Position numbers and translations under genes: made by a program. Below are positions 39,501 through 52,724 of a DNA stretch of 64,000 bases, one piece after another. Within the stretch, counting starts at the first letter, position 1. The number at the start of each line of letters is the position of its first letter. The stretch is taken from positions 99,510,001 through 99,574,000 of the forward strand of contig OZ024740.1 in assembly GCA_964016885.1 (NCBI GenBank), given 5' to 3'. The stretch comes from Eledone cirrhosa. Lineage: Eukaryota. A model generated the notes under the pieces. That model made no database searches and was not told the DNA's origin. It saw only the letters and a program-made list of their open reading frames with translations.

Positions 39501-40291
39501 TTTAGTAAAACCATTTACCCAAAAGGCAATAAAATGGCATCAAATTCAGGATCTTATGATTATGATGCAAAGATTATAATCACTCAGTCATCCCTGATCC
39601 TAAATAGACTGTATATGAATAGAAAATGTGATAGTCATGGCTGGGATGCTTTTTCTCATAGGTTTGCTTGAGCAGAGCCTCGTGAATGAAATTGGGTAGA
39701 AGACAAATATATAAGAGCCCATTTGATGAATTATATCTGTATTTCAAAAATTCTAGCCTTGTCACATGTGTCAAGCTGGTTCTGCCTGAAAATTACATCA
39801 AGTTTACATATATCTAATATTCAACAACTTAAATGTTAACACCTAAGTCAGATGTCCAATTCTTCAAACAACTGATTGCTTATCATTGAAACTGACAATG
39901 GATCCATCATCATCCTCATTTAGTATGATATAATCTAAAATGTAGGGTCTGATTTGAGAAAGATTTAGCTGCTATTTCTAGCAGTTATGCAGTCAATTAT
40001 ATGTTCTTATATTACAAATGTGACTACGAAGTGAATTTCGTTATCACACTAAGATAACATTTTTCAGTGGATAAAATGTTGGTGGAAGAAAGCTGGGAGA
40101 AGAATAGGTATAGTTCATTGTAATACTAGATTAATTGCAGAAGTATAATCTCTAATTAGAATGGCATATAATTGTAGAATAGTAAATAACTATCAAGTTG
40201 AAATAATTAATTGAAATATAGAATCCAAAATATTTTCATCTTGTGTTTTGCAAATGATGCAAGCATAACTTATTGGCATTATTGCAGTTTA

Positions 40292-40677
40292 AGGGTGGTG
40301 AATTGGCAGTATCGGTAGAGAGTTGGACGCCATGCTTTCTAGCATAGTTACGTCCCTTTACGGTCTTAGTTCAAATCCCATCGAGGTTAACTTTGCCTTT
40401 CATCCTTACGGGGTCGATAAAATAAAATACCAGTAATGCACTGAGTTATTGCTGGCCTTGTGCCAAAAGTAGAAGCAATTATTGCAGATAGATTGGCAGT
40501 ATCGGTAGAGAGTCGGAGGCCATGCTTTCCAGCATAGAGTTATGTCCCTTCACGATCTGAGTTGAAATCCCATCGAGGTTAACTTTGCCTTTCATCCTTA
40601 CGGGGTTGATAAAATAAAGTACCAGTAATACACTGGGATAATTTCTGGCCTTGTTCCAAAAGTAGAAACAATTATTG
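40292..40677 (+). mobile_element. Head-to-tail pair of family A SINEs
   Basis: Two complete copies (40292-40483 and 40490-40677), each with ATCGAGGTTAACTTTGCCTTTCATCCTTACGGGGT. Confidence 0.88.
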
Positions 40678-40894
40678 CATGCAGTAGAGTAACCATGTAG
40701 GTAGAGGATTCCTCTTTGGCTTGTCTGATTGAAAGGAATTTGGCTATTATTTCTAACACCTCAAACAAATGAAAAGAGGTTATCTCACTGATTTGCAATT
40801 GTCTGAGTATAAGATTGATTGTAAGATATTTTAAAGTCTAGTTTTTACATCAATTATTTACCATATAATCACATGTGAAACAATCAACAACTAC

Positions 40895-41145
40895 ATCTAA
40901 AGTCTGTCTCGAGATAGGAGGATCATCAGGCCAGTGCTTATTCTGGTTTCTGTGACGGGAAGCAACTGAGAGTACAAGACCCCCTCCCCTGCAAAGGATG
41001 TCATAGCAGGGTTAAATCACCAGCTATTGCTGGTGCTCATTTTGAGATGCGTGCATTGGAGCAACATGAAATGAAGTCTAGAAATTAAACCCATGACGTT
41101 ATGATCATAGGTACAACACACTTACCATTAGACCACATGCCTCCA
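40895..41145 (-). mobile_element. SINE family B
   Basis: Reverse complement gives a GGAGGCATGTGGTCTAATGGTAAG head and an AAGCACTGGCCTGATGA...CTCGAGACAGACTTTAG tail. Confidence 0.7.
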
Positions 41146-42651
41146 CGAAACAACCAATGCCATAGTATTTATTGTTTAATGATTGTTAAACATTAACTTA
41201 ACTTCATTTCTTTAAATCCCTATTGAGTATTGGGCGATATCATTTCTATAGCTATTTAATACCAGCCTGGGCATGAAGCAACTTCAAATAGTATTTGACT
41301 GCTTAGACTTAAAATAAACATTTTGTCTGGTTTTTAATTCTTAGTTCCACATTTTGTCATTGTAAAGACTTCAAATTATTTCATTTGCCATGATTAACCA
41401 AGTGACATCTTAGATAAAATCTATTATCTGGAAAGGCTTTATCAATGGTGTTGTATTAGGACTGTGAAAGAAGAAAACAAAACATTGACAATGAAATTCT
41501 AGCTAAGCAATTAGTACAATGTATGTATGTTAATTGAACTAAAATCGTGATTAGAAATAAAATAAATTCATTAGTGTTGAGGTATGAATTTTAAGTTTAA
41601 TTTAAAGCTATAATTGGAAGTGAGGCACATAGTCTAATGTGAACAGATAAAGAGTATTCCTGAATTACTATACAGAGATTGGTACTGGAAAAGAAGCACT
41701 TTATTGAATGTAGGTCACTTAGTCATGTTAACTGTCAATGAAAAACAAAACTAGGTTTTAGGAATGATATGACATTAAGACAACAGATTAGAATGTTTAT
41801 AACATAAAACCTCAGATATAGAACAGATCAAAAGTGTGTATAGGGGGCAGTTAGTATGTGTCTATGGATTTTGAGGGTTCTACTTGACTCCTGTTCTAAT
41901 TCATTTATTCTGTTTTGTTACTTGTATGTACATCTTGTACTCTAAATATACATGGATATGAATGAAACTCTATAGCTGGTGTTTGGAGCATAACAGACTA
42001 TTCTGATACACAATTATGATGCATAGTTTAATTTGGATATGAACATTTTATTATGGGTGCTGTTATATAATAAAGCTTGAGGTGGTATTGGACAGGTTCT
42101 TATCAAATGTGTTACTAAGCAATTTGAATTGGGGCCTATATTTCACATCCAGCTTGAGCCACTTCATGGGTGACAATTTTGATGATGTCTATTCAGTTGT
42201 TCAATTAAGTGAATGTCCTACTTGTGAACTAACTGGTTAGTTATTGAGTATTCCACAGCCATGTGTACCATTAGTTAATTCTTAAGCTGAATCAGCATAA
42301 AATAATATGACAAGACTGAACTTTTCAAATTACAAGTATAATGGGCTTCCACAGATTATCTGTCAATACAATTTCTTACACACAATTTTAGTTAGGTGAA
42401 GGCTTTGCTTAAAATACTGGTCCAAGATGCTATAAAGTTGGATCAAACACAGATTCTTGTGATTATGAAGCAAAATTCTTAACCACTTAGTCATGCCTGC
42501 TTTTGGAGTCTGCTGTTCACAACTGGTCTGTGTCTTTTACAAATTTGCACAGGGTTGGACACATGTCAGCACTGATATGCATCATAGGTGAGGTGGCATG
42601 AAATGAACTTTAAAAACTTATTAAAGTTGGAGTAACTTGTCATTATTATTT

Positions 42652-42813
42652 TGGGTGGTGGATTGGCAACACAGAATTACGGCCCTTGCCATTCTGAGTT
42701 CAAATCCCGCCAATGTTAACTTTGTCTTTCATCCTTACGGGGTCGATAAAATAAAGTACCAGTAATGCACTGGGTAATTGCTGGCCTTGTGCCAAATGTA
42801 GAAACAATTATTA
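42652..42813 (+). mobile_element. SINE family A
   Basis: Very similar to 88-259 (GGCCCTTGCCATTCTGAGTTCAAATCCCGCCAA). Confidence 0.85.
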
Positions 42814-43584
42814 TGTTGGGTTTGGGAGCATATTAATAAAAGATGCTCAAATAAAAATACGATGGAAGGTTTCAATTTAAATATAAACATTTTAAAAGAA
42901 GACATTTTATATCACAGAACCAAGAATAAAAACAGAATTTTCTACACATAAGACTACAAACTTTCATTACTGATGTAGATAAAAAGGGAAGAGGTTAGTG
43001 ATATTTCTGTAGTATATCTGTAAGTCTGCCATGAGCAACTACACAGAATAGACTAATGACAGTTAAGTTGTTGGTTGAACAATAGGGTATGTTTCATAAT
43101 CCACTATTCCAGATATTCTATTGTATGGAGTACAGTGTTATCCTTCAAGTAAATTGCTTGACCCTTCTTGTCATCTGATTTGATTTTTTATACTAAAATG
43201 TATGGTAGTCAGCATGGAGGTAAATAATGTGAACTTAGTTGGGAGTGAATTAATAATTTGCTGTCCTTATCATTGTCCACTCATTCCATTGCAAAGTTTG
43301 AGGTTTAATAATGTTATTGATGTTGCATGAGTGGGATTTTGTTTTTTTTTGTTGTTTTTTGTTTACCTGGATTGAATAGTTAATGCAAAGCCTAGGAGCT
43401 TCTACACAATATGGGTGATAAGAGGAAAATAGATGAATGAGTCAGGAATGGGGGAGGCATAGAACTTATATCAAATATCATGAGAACTTGAATTCCAAGC
43501 TGATGGGCTCAAATGTATATCTTATTCAGTTGAGCAATTTAAGTTTTAAACAGCTTTAGCATGGCAGAATTTATGTCTCAGTTT

Positions 43585-43790
43585 ATAATGGTTTCCGATT
43601 TAGGCACCAGACCAACAATTTTTAGGGAGAGGACAGTCAATTAAATTGACTCCAGTACATTATACTAATCACTTTGTTTTATTGACCTCAAAAGGATGAA
43701 AGGCAAAGCTAACCTCTGCAGGATTTGAACTTAGAACATAAAGGGACGTAACTATTTGCTGCAAAGCAATAACACTGTCAATTCACCATC
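43585..43790 (-). mobile_element. SINE family A
   Basis: GGATGAAAGGCAAAGCTAACCTCTGCAGGATTTGAACTTAG. Confidence 0.8.
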
Positions 43791-44094
43791 CCAGTTTATA
43801 ATGAGTTTGTTCGGCTGTGTTTGATTTTTTGGTTTGATGTGCATTGATGAATAATGAACAAATATACAGTGCATATAAAACTGTATCGCAAATATCCAAT
43901 TATATTTTTTTCTGGGTGATGTGCATATATATATATTTACATAGGAGTAAGTTTGGTTGTAAGAAGGAGAAAGAATTTTATACAAAAATACAGTATTTAT
44001 ATATGATCATCATCATTGTTTCTAAATCTGCTTTTCCATGGTAAAATGGGTCGAACTCCTACTATTTGGGGTATATATGTATAAATTCCAAAAT

Positions 44095-44330
44095 CCAAAA
44101 TCCGTGGCCTTCACACTCCTGTTGGAGGAACCCCTCCCTGGTTGATCTCTACCACTTCCTATCTCTGGCCATATTGGGCCATGTTGGGCTGAGATATTGG
44201 GTGAGATCATCATACCATATCGTGCTTCTCCACTGCCTTGATCTCCACTCTGTCACTCTAATAGTCCAGCTGTTGTCTCTGAAATGAGAGATGTGGCCTG
44301 AAAATATATGTTTGCTTTTCTTGAATCCAG
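44095..44330 (-). mobile_element. RTE-clade LINE C-terminal fragment (third family)
   Basis: FSGHISHFRDNSWTIRVTEWR...WYDDLTQYLSPTWPNMARDRKW matches the RTE C-terminal GH..R..D.RWT..VTEW...W.DD...W...A.DR pattern. Confidence 0.75.
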
Positions 44331-46364
44331 GTGCTGCATTTCCTGTCATGTAAGGTGATGCTGAGCATGATTCATTCCATTTTACATTGGCCACTGTAAG
44401 AGTCTCTGCAATCGTGGTGTTGAGTACTCACATCTCACTTCTATATGCCATCACTAGCAAAACATATATATATATATAATATCATTACTGTTCAATGTCT
44501 ATTGCTTTCATGGTTTAGAGGTTCGACAGGTCAAGTGGCCACGTCCTGTTCCTATGTTTTGTTTTGGTTTGGTTTGGCTTCTACAGCTGGAAGCCCTTCC
44601 TAACACCAACCATTTTGAAACATGTCCTGTGTACATTTCATTTTGGTACTGACATTACCACTTGACAGAGTGGGCTGTGTGCAATTTATCTGGGCACCAG
44701 CCCTACTGCCTCACAACATAAGGGGGCTCTGTGTTCTTGGTTTAGCTGGAGAGGCATTATTGCTTAACTGATAGGTCATGAGTGTGGCCTTGAAACATAT
44801 GGATGATACCTACATATTGTTATGTGTTCCTGGCTTTATTTGTTGGCCTACTTGTCTGTATATATGTGTGTGTGTGGTGTGGGGGGGTTATAGCATACTT
44901 GCGGGGGGGGGGGGGTTATATCATACCTGCAGGGAGGAGGAGGCTCCAGGTCATAGTAGTGGACTTGGAGCAAGTAAGGGTTGTCTAGCCTTTCATGCTA
45001 GCCTGGCTTTGATAGGGAAATTGTATGGGGTGTAAGGCAAGGATTTGGTGGCTAAAGGTGAATCAGCTACTAGCATTTCATGATACCATGTGTTGGATGA
45101 GGAAATTCTGAGTATACTGGCAGGGAGAAGGGAGAATCCGAGTTTTGTGCCACCTTTCTGCTTCTTTGAGTTTACAGTGGAGGGGGTAGGTGGCAGGGGG
45201 AATAATATTTAGTCATGGAAGGAAAGATAGTAGCCATGACATTTTCAAGGACTTCAAGATTGGGGGGGGGGGGAGTAAGGTTGGAATGTTTCTTCAAACC
45301 AGAGACCTGATTCAAAATGCCAACAGTGTAGACTCCACTAAAGGCATACAAAAAGTCAAAATGAGACATTAAACTTGGTGATGGATTAAGCCTCTCACGA
45401 AGTAAGCCACAGCAGGATTTGACCTCAGAATACAAATGGTCAAAACAAATTTTAAAAAAAACATCTCATCTGATGCTCTAACAATTTTAAAATCAACCAG
45501 CATAAAGTGGTACATTATTTTAACAAACTTAGAAGATTGAAGGCAAAGGTAACTTCAGCAGGAATTGAACTTAGAGTGCAGAGCTGAAACACTAATACAA
45601 CACATTTTGTCTCATGTTCTAATGACTCTGCCAATTGGCTGTCTAATATAGAACACAAAGTTTACAGTAAAGTTTGAACACAAATGCTGACAATCAATCT
45701 AGATCCATGTGCTTCACTAAAAATTTCTATTTAATCATTTCAGGATGTACAAAATCTTTTTTGAAATACACAATAGTCATTCTTCTTCTATCAAATACAA
45801 TAAATAGGATTTGTTCTTTTTAACAAAGTGTTATAAAAACATTTTTCAGCCTCTATACACGAACAAGTACATGCAATATTGACTGATCCTAGGAAAAAAG
45901 TATAAAAATACATTTCCATACCTATTTCTTAGACTCAATTCTCATGTCTCAGGTATAGATATCTATCAAAATTTCAAAACAGTTAATGACATAACCTCTC
46001 CCATTTTATGTTACCTTGAGTTAATTCAAAACACCAGCTTAGAACTACACAATACAGCACGAAACATATAAAGTGTTGTTGATTGATAAGTAAGTGTAGC
46101 ATCATACAGTTTTATATCTTGCTTGATGTGCAGCGTTTGGCACATTCACAGAGGAATGATGCGACAATCTTTGACATTAATGTTAACAATCAGAATACAT
46201 GATTACTCATAGATTCTTTATATCAAAAGATCTCTTTGAGGGAACTCTATTCTCTATGCTATTGGTGGGGGAAAAAAAAAAAGAAGGCATTTCTTAGTTA
46301 TTCCTAAAGCTGTCAATATATATCATGCTTCTCCTTATTAGATCTACTGAATAGGAAGAAAAGA

Positions 46365-46560
46365 CACACACACACACATGCACATTTTGTAGCCAATTTT
46401 TATGCATATTTCTACATATATATATATATAAATATACATGCTTACAAACATACTCCTTATACACACACATACACACACATACACACACATACACACACAC
46501 ACACACACACATATATATACATACATATACAGACATAGACATGTACATATATATATATGT
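46365..46560. repeat. Compound (CA)/(TA) microsatellite
   Basis: Seen directly. Confidence 0.9.
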
Positions 46561-47127
46561 AATTATTCACATGCTAACATAACACACAATTTTAGTGTAT
46601 TCTGTCATAGGGAAATATTCGTTTTATTTATTCACATAACTTTAGTGTAAAAGGTAAGTTATATACGATCAATACAACAGATATTCTCCTTCAGAACATA
46701 TCAATAGAATAAAAATAATCTAATATGTAATATTTCTTTCCTTAGAGTTCAAGAAAAAGTAACGTTTGTTTCTCAAATAGTTTTATTTACAAAATGAGTT
46801 AGTTCTGAAGATTACTTACAAGGAGCGCATACTTCCTAAAATCTTCCAATGAAAAAAAAAATAGAAGAGAAGTAAGAGCAAGAGAAATTTATAGTTTGAA
46901 TCAACAGTTCTGTAGCTTTGAACCAAAGAAGGTATTTTGTGAGTTTCCAAGTAAAGGGAAGATAGTTATTTAGTAGAGAAAACCATGATGTCAAACTATC
47001 AGGAAATGTATTGAAATAAAACTCAGGGGTTTATCCTCAACAAGAAAAAATTCATGTTATAACTCTATAAACCAATGGTCTGTATTGGAGGAATTATTGT
47101 ATGTATGTATGTATGTATGTATGTATG

Positions 47128-47377
47128 TTATCTCTTTCTCTTAATTTCGAGTATATTTTTTGACCGGCCACCTTCCTGGTGGCAAGGTTGTAAAAGAAAA
47201 GAAATTGTTATCCCTTGAATCGCAAGAATGTTTTGCAAATTTTGAAGGTGCCAGATATTGCAGCCATTTGTAGACTATGAATTAGGGAGCTGCGCTCTTT
47301 GTCCGCAAATCCAAGTTCAGTCATACATTGGTCCAAGCGGGTTGGTATATAACCCGTAGCTCCAATAATGATGGGTA
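47128..47377 (-). mobile_element. 5'-truncated R4/Dong-like (RLE) non-LTR retroposon within (TACA)n
   Basis: IPIIIGATGYIP...LQMAAISGTFKICKTFL* resembles R4/Dong/NeSL C-termini; flanked on both sides by (TATG)n. Confidence 0.6.
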
Positions 47378-48057
47378 TGTATGTATGTGTGTGTGTATGT
47401 ATGTATGCATGAATGCATGTATGCATGAATATATGTTTGACACTAATTTTATATATCCCTAATATTACTGGACATCAATACACACACACATATATGTATA
47501 TTTTAATATACATAAAATATATTAAGATATTTACATTCATATGTATTCTCCGCTGAGCTGTCTTGCTAGAGAGAGGGTCGCAGGTGGTGGATATGGCCAC
47601 CATATATGATGGCTACTTCTGACATAAGCAGGCAACTGCTGCATGAATAAGCAACCCCAAAGCAACAGCAGTAAACTAATAGGAGAGATGGAGGCACCTG
47701 TACCTCCCAAGAAACTCTCACAACCCAGTGACGTAGCAACAATAGTGTAAGTAAATGCTGTCTCTAAAAAAGCCTAGTCTTTGCAGGTTTGACAAAGTAC
47801 CAGGTTGAAACTGCAATATGATTAGCAAACCAAACCAACAAATGGCTGGATGTCCTTCTTATATATCATTATCATCATCATCATCGTTTAACGTCCATCT
47901 TCCATGCTAGCATGGGTTAGACAGTTTTGTTACATTTGATGCGGGAATGGTTGGGAGACCATTTCTCGCTCACATGGAAGCGTCTCTGGCAGGTTTTTTT
48001 AAAGCTGAATGCCCTTCCTAACATCAATCACATTTACAGATATATATGTATATATAT

Positions 48058-48189
48058 TGTTATACTTGGGGAGGGTCATATTTGTGTAATATTGCCAGAA
48101 TTAATAACAGAACAGACTCACTGTTTGGTTGGTTTTCTGTTATTAATTCTGGCAATATTACACAAATATGACCCTCCCCAAGTATAACA
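48058..48189. mobile_element. Palindromic MITE (Ginger-like: TGT...ACA ends, ATAT TSD)
   Basis: Perfect 55-bp TIRs TGTTATACTTGGGGAGGGTCAT...ACAGAA around a 22-nt spacer; ATAT on both sides. Confidence 0.75.
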
Positions 48190-48248
48190 ATATTTGTTTC
48201 GACACACGATTTCATATAAAAAACCTTGCAAAACTAATTCATCGCCGT

Positions 48249-48250
<2 letters not shown>

Positions 48251-48292
<42 letters not shown>

Positions 48293-48929
48293 TAACATTC
48301 TGTGATTGCTTGCTTGCTTGCTTGTCTCTAATGTAATACAGGCAAAAGGCAGCATAATGGGAAAATACATTGAAAGGAAGTTGCCCCTGAAATGGGAATA
48401 CAAATGGAATAAATCAAGTTTCGCGTAAATCGAAGCCTGGGTTCCCAAGATATGGGGATTCCGGGTACCTTCATAAACAGAGAGAGAGAGAAGGATAGAG
48501 AGAAAGAGATAGTGGTTGTGAGAGAGTAGATTGAAACAGAGACATAGAGAGAGGGAGAGGAGACAGAGAAGGAGATTGGAAGAGAGAGAGAGCTAGTGGT
48601 GTTGTTGTGTATATATATATAAATGTGAATGTGTTTGAATATAGACATGTGTATATATGTGTGTGTGTCTATGACCAGACCATATATATAGATTACAGAC
48701 TCCCACTTATATGTAAATATACACACGCACATACCTATATTTATGTATACAAACACACATATTTATATATATACATACACACACGTATATATATGGGCCT
48801 TCCAGTTTCATTTCCCATTATATACATGTCTGTGTATTTTTTAATTATTTAAAAATTACTTTTAAGTGAACATGATTTTTAAAAAATAATTTGAAGGGAA
48901 CGTGACCCAACGGGTCACGGGTGATCTAG
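48251..48929 (+). mobile_element. Non-autonomous Helitron, copy 1
   Basis: 3' hairpin CGTGACCC-AAC-GGGTCACG followed by GGTGATCTAG|T; 5' (TA)n and (GCTT)n; internal microsatellites. Confidence 0.8.
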
Positions 48930-49321
48930 TATATTACTAAAATTATGTGATTACTTGCTTGCATGCTTACTTGTCTGTGATGTAATGCAGCCAAAAGGGT
49001 GCATAATGGGAAAATACTTTGAAAGGAAGTTGACCCTGAAATGGGAATACAAATGGAAGAAAACAAGTTTCGCGTAAATCGAAGTACGGGTTCCCGAGAT
49101 ATGGGGTTTTTCCGGGTACCTTCATAAACAGAGAGGGAAGGATAGAGAGAAAGAGATAGTGGTTGTGAGAGAGTAGATTGAAAGAGAGATATAGAGAGAG
49201 GGAGCAGGAGACAGAGAGAAAGAGAGAGAGATGGTGGTGTTGTAGAATAAAATTATAACCGGTGACTTCAAAGAAACGAATACAGCATTACTGTATCCTG
49301 CTAAATAGAAAGGGTTTCTAA

Positions 49322-49377
<56 letters not shown>

Positions 49378-49384
49378 CTGTGAC

Positions 49385-49425
<41 letters not shown>

Positions 49426-49589
49426 TATATTTATATACTCACACACACACACACATATATATATATATACATGTGTGTATGTATGGGCCTTACAATTTCA
49501 TTTTACATTATATACATGTCTGTGTATATTTTAATTGTTTAAAAATTATTTTTATAGGTACATGACCCAACAGGTCATGGGTGGTCTAG
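48930..49589 (+). mobile_element. Non-autonomous Helitron, copy 2 (tandem)
   Basis: Colinear with copy 1; 3' CATGACCC-AAC-AGGTCATG...TCTAG|T. Confidence 0.8.
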
Positions 49590-49591
49590 TA

Positions 49592-50013
49592 TATGATAAA
49601 GTTATATCTGTAAAAATATGAAGTGTGTAACTAAGACTGCACCAACATATATAAAAACGTACACATATCTAGTATGTAGGCATGTAAACATGACAGAATA
49701 TATGAATTTCCCTATAAGTTAAAAAAGTGATAAATACTTTTAATTGATCTTAGGGTCTTATTGAACTCACATCAGAAGATGTGGATATCACCCAATCAAC
49801 CACAAGGAGACATGTATTTGATGGGTATATATACCCATTCACTCTTTTTGTTCTGAAATGGACATACTAATTTGCATATAATGTTTTCAATTTAGAGGGT
49901 AATTCGTATTTTCTGGCATATTTGCATGCCTAAATATTAGATATGTGTATAGATCTATGCACATTGGTGTAGTCTTTGTTACACTCTGTATTTATACTGA
50001 TATATTTTATCAT
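49592..50013. mobile_element. Old foldback/MITE with ~135-bp diverged inverted repeats
   Basis: 49592-49728 aligns to the reverse complement of 49880-50013 (GTGTAAC.AAGACT.CACCAA...ACACATATCTA.TAT.TAGGCATG). Confidence 0.7.
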
Positions 50014-52724
50014 ACACTTTGGCTACTAGCAAACTTCTTACTATATATCTTAATCTATATATCTTAATCAATTACCAACACAAGCGCTAATTATATGCAC
50101 ATTTAAATTATATCTTCCAGCATATTCTATATAAGAACCATATGTTAAATCTTAGTAATAAAATAATTAATAATTTTACTAAATCCCACAACATTTTTCA
50201 TTAATTCATTGTAATAAAGTGTATTTCATACAAAATATGGTAATAAGAGGCTTAATGCTTTGGACTGAATTGCAAATTCATTTGACAAAACCCCCGCTGC
50301 ATACCATATTCAATTGATTTAAAATAATTAATTAGTTGAAATTTCAGAGTACTGTTTCCCCTATTTTCTTTTATAAATGTGTATGTGTGTGTGACCAGAA
50401 TCACTCATTTAGTTAATAAACTATTTTCATCAATTGATGTATTAAGCAATGAAAAGCACAAGAATGCCACCTGGATAAAAGGACCGTCTGTTTCCATGTT
50501 ATGTTTCCCTCAGCTGGTGGTGGTGCTCAATGTACTTTATCAAGGACACATTGTTCTTCTTGGTCTGGGAATTGAACCCCTGAGCTTGAGACTATCACAC
50601 TAACCATTCAGTTGTGAGCAAGTGTAATTTAGCTTTCCACATCAAGTTGGCTACTGTCTACTTTATTATTAATTTTCATGTTGCAGGTGTCTCTGGATAT
50701 TTTTCCTAGTCAGATTTCTTTTATATCATTTTATTCATATATTTATTGTATGATGTGCAACGTTGCATAGTAGTGAGACATACAAATTAAATGCAGAGGA
50801 TATACAAAGAAATGAGGCTAGTATGTTCTTCTGCTTCACTGCACATATAATGTTAATGTGCATGAACGACAAAGCTCAAATGTGTGGAATGGAAAACTGG
50901 CCATAAGGGGACCCAGATGTTGTATGCAAGGGAAGATATTGGGCTGTTACACACATATGATGCATACGGATAATGGCCATTATGTTAATAAGTACTAGAA
51001 TCTTCAAGTGGAAGGAAGCTACAGAAGAGGATGACCAAGAAAAACTTTGAAATTGTGTGAGATAATCTCAGAACACTGAAAATCACAGAACAGATGATAA
51101 CAAAATGTGACAAGTGAAAGAAAGCTGTGTTGGAGATTTGCCCAATCAATGCAAGCATGAAAATTAGGAAGATGACAATGATGATGTTAAAGATGGTGAT
51201 GATATTCATTCATTCATACTGTGCTGGAAAGACTTTCCCAACCCATACAAGCATGAAAAATGAGAACGATGATAATGATGATGATGGTGATGATGATAAG
51301 GATGATGATGATGATATTTTCATTCATTCATCTATCTACTCATAATGTTTTAGTGTTTTTTTGTTGGTAATGTTTCTTACACAGATGTGTAATTTCTCTG
51401 CAGGAAATTTTGCAGTATAGAGAAACATTATGCACAACAATGCTTTCAAGAACTTTCAGTTTCAAACCAACCATGCACAGATATAAAGATATTTGCATTG
51501 ATTTGATTGTTTCATATGTAATAAAATCTATTTCTTTGGTCAATTGTTTCCTCAGAAGCTAAACTAATTTTTCCATCAGCAGTGATTCATAGAAATCATA
51601 GAAATTATTCCTCTCCCCACCTTCCTTACTTATCTTAATGAGGTCTTGTCACTGTACATTTATTGGTTCTGCTTCTGATAATTATTATGTCTTCTTACTC
51701 ATAGAATCACTTGTTCTTGTGATTCCTGAAGGTGAACACGTATCCGTTTGCACCTACCCATCCAATATCATATATATGTAGTGGTTGGAATAAAAGAAGT
51801 ATTAATATCATTGGAATGTCTATATTGTGCTTCTGATATTAAAATATAGGGTTTGTCATCCATTCAGCCTTGATATTTCCATAGATGAATGGAATTTGGC
51901 TTTTGTTTGTGCAAGTATTCTTTCATTCTGTTCCATTATAGTCTAAATCAGTGAGATTAAGCCTCGCCAGAAACACCAAATATTTTACATTTTTCGTGTG
52001 TGTGTTCAGTCATAGTTAGAAATATTATTTTTTGTTTTTCATAAATTCTTGCATTTAGCTAATTTGATCTTATTCCTGGGTTGCCGATTCACCTAAGCTT
52101 AAGCTTGAGCTTAGCTCTGTGGTATAGAGGTAAGTATAGGTTTGTATTATATTTTTGAATTTTTATTTTTATATTCATTTTTTCCATACTTACAGGACTT
52201 TGACCAGATTTCTTTTCTGGAAAATGTTTTCTAAACTCAGAGGCCTTTCAAGATAGCAACCCTACCTTATTCTTAGTATGGTACATACAGCTAACATTTT
52301 AACTGCACCACAATTCTGCTGGACATATTGTTTATGGTTTGCATAAACAATTGTCAATGTAAGTATTTAATAGTTTCCTTATGACATTCCCAAAGACTGG
52401 TATCACCTACCAACAAATATGTGCACATATATACACATACACACATAAATATGTATGAAGCCAAAATTAGGTACATGCCATAAGAAGCATCTAAAAGGGT
52501 TAATGTCTGGAAAATATTAAGCTGTAAAATAGTCCCACCCAACATATACCACCATGAAGAAGTTGACATAAAATAATGAGGATGATATGCAATGTCCTTC
52601 CACAGTTTATGTTTACAAATTTCAGAAGAAAAGCTTCAGTCAACCTATGGCTGAAGTAGAAAACACTTGTCCAAGCAACTGAACCCCAAACTGCATGATT
52701 CCAAAAGGAAAATATTAACTTTTT

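Noticed and set aside
52059-52280. Plus-strand exon / 66-nt intron / exon arrangement (GAG|GTAAGT...TTACAG|)
   Set aside because: The splice signals look good but all frames contain stops and there is no supporting homology; it cannot be called without RNA data.
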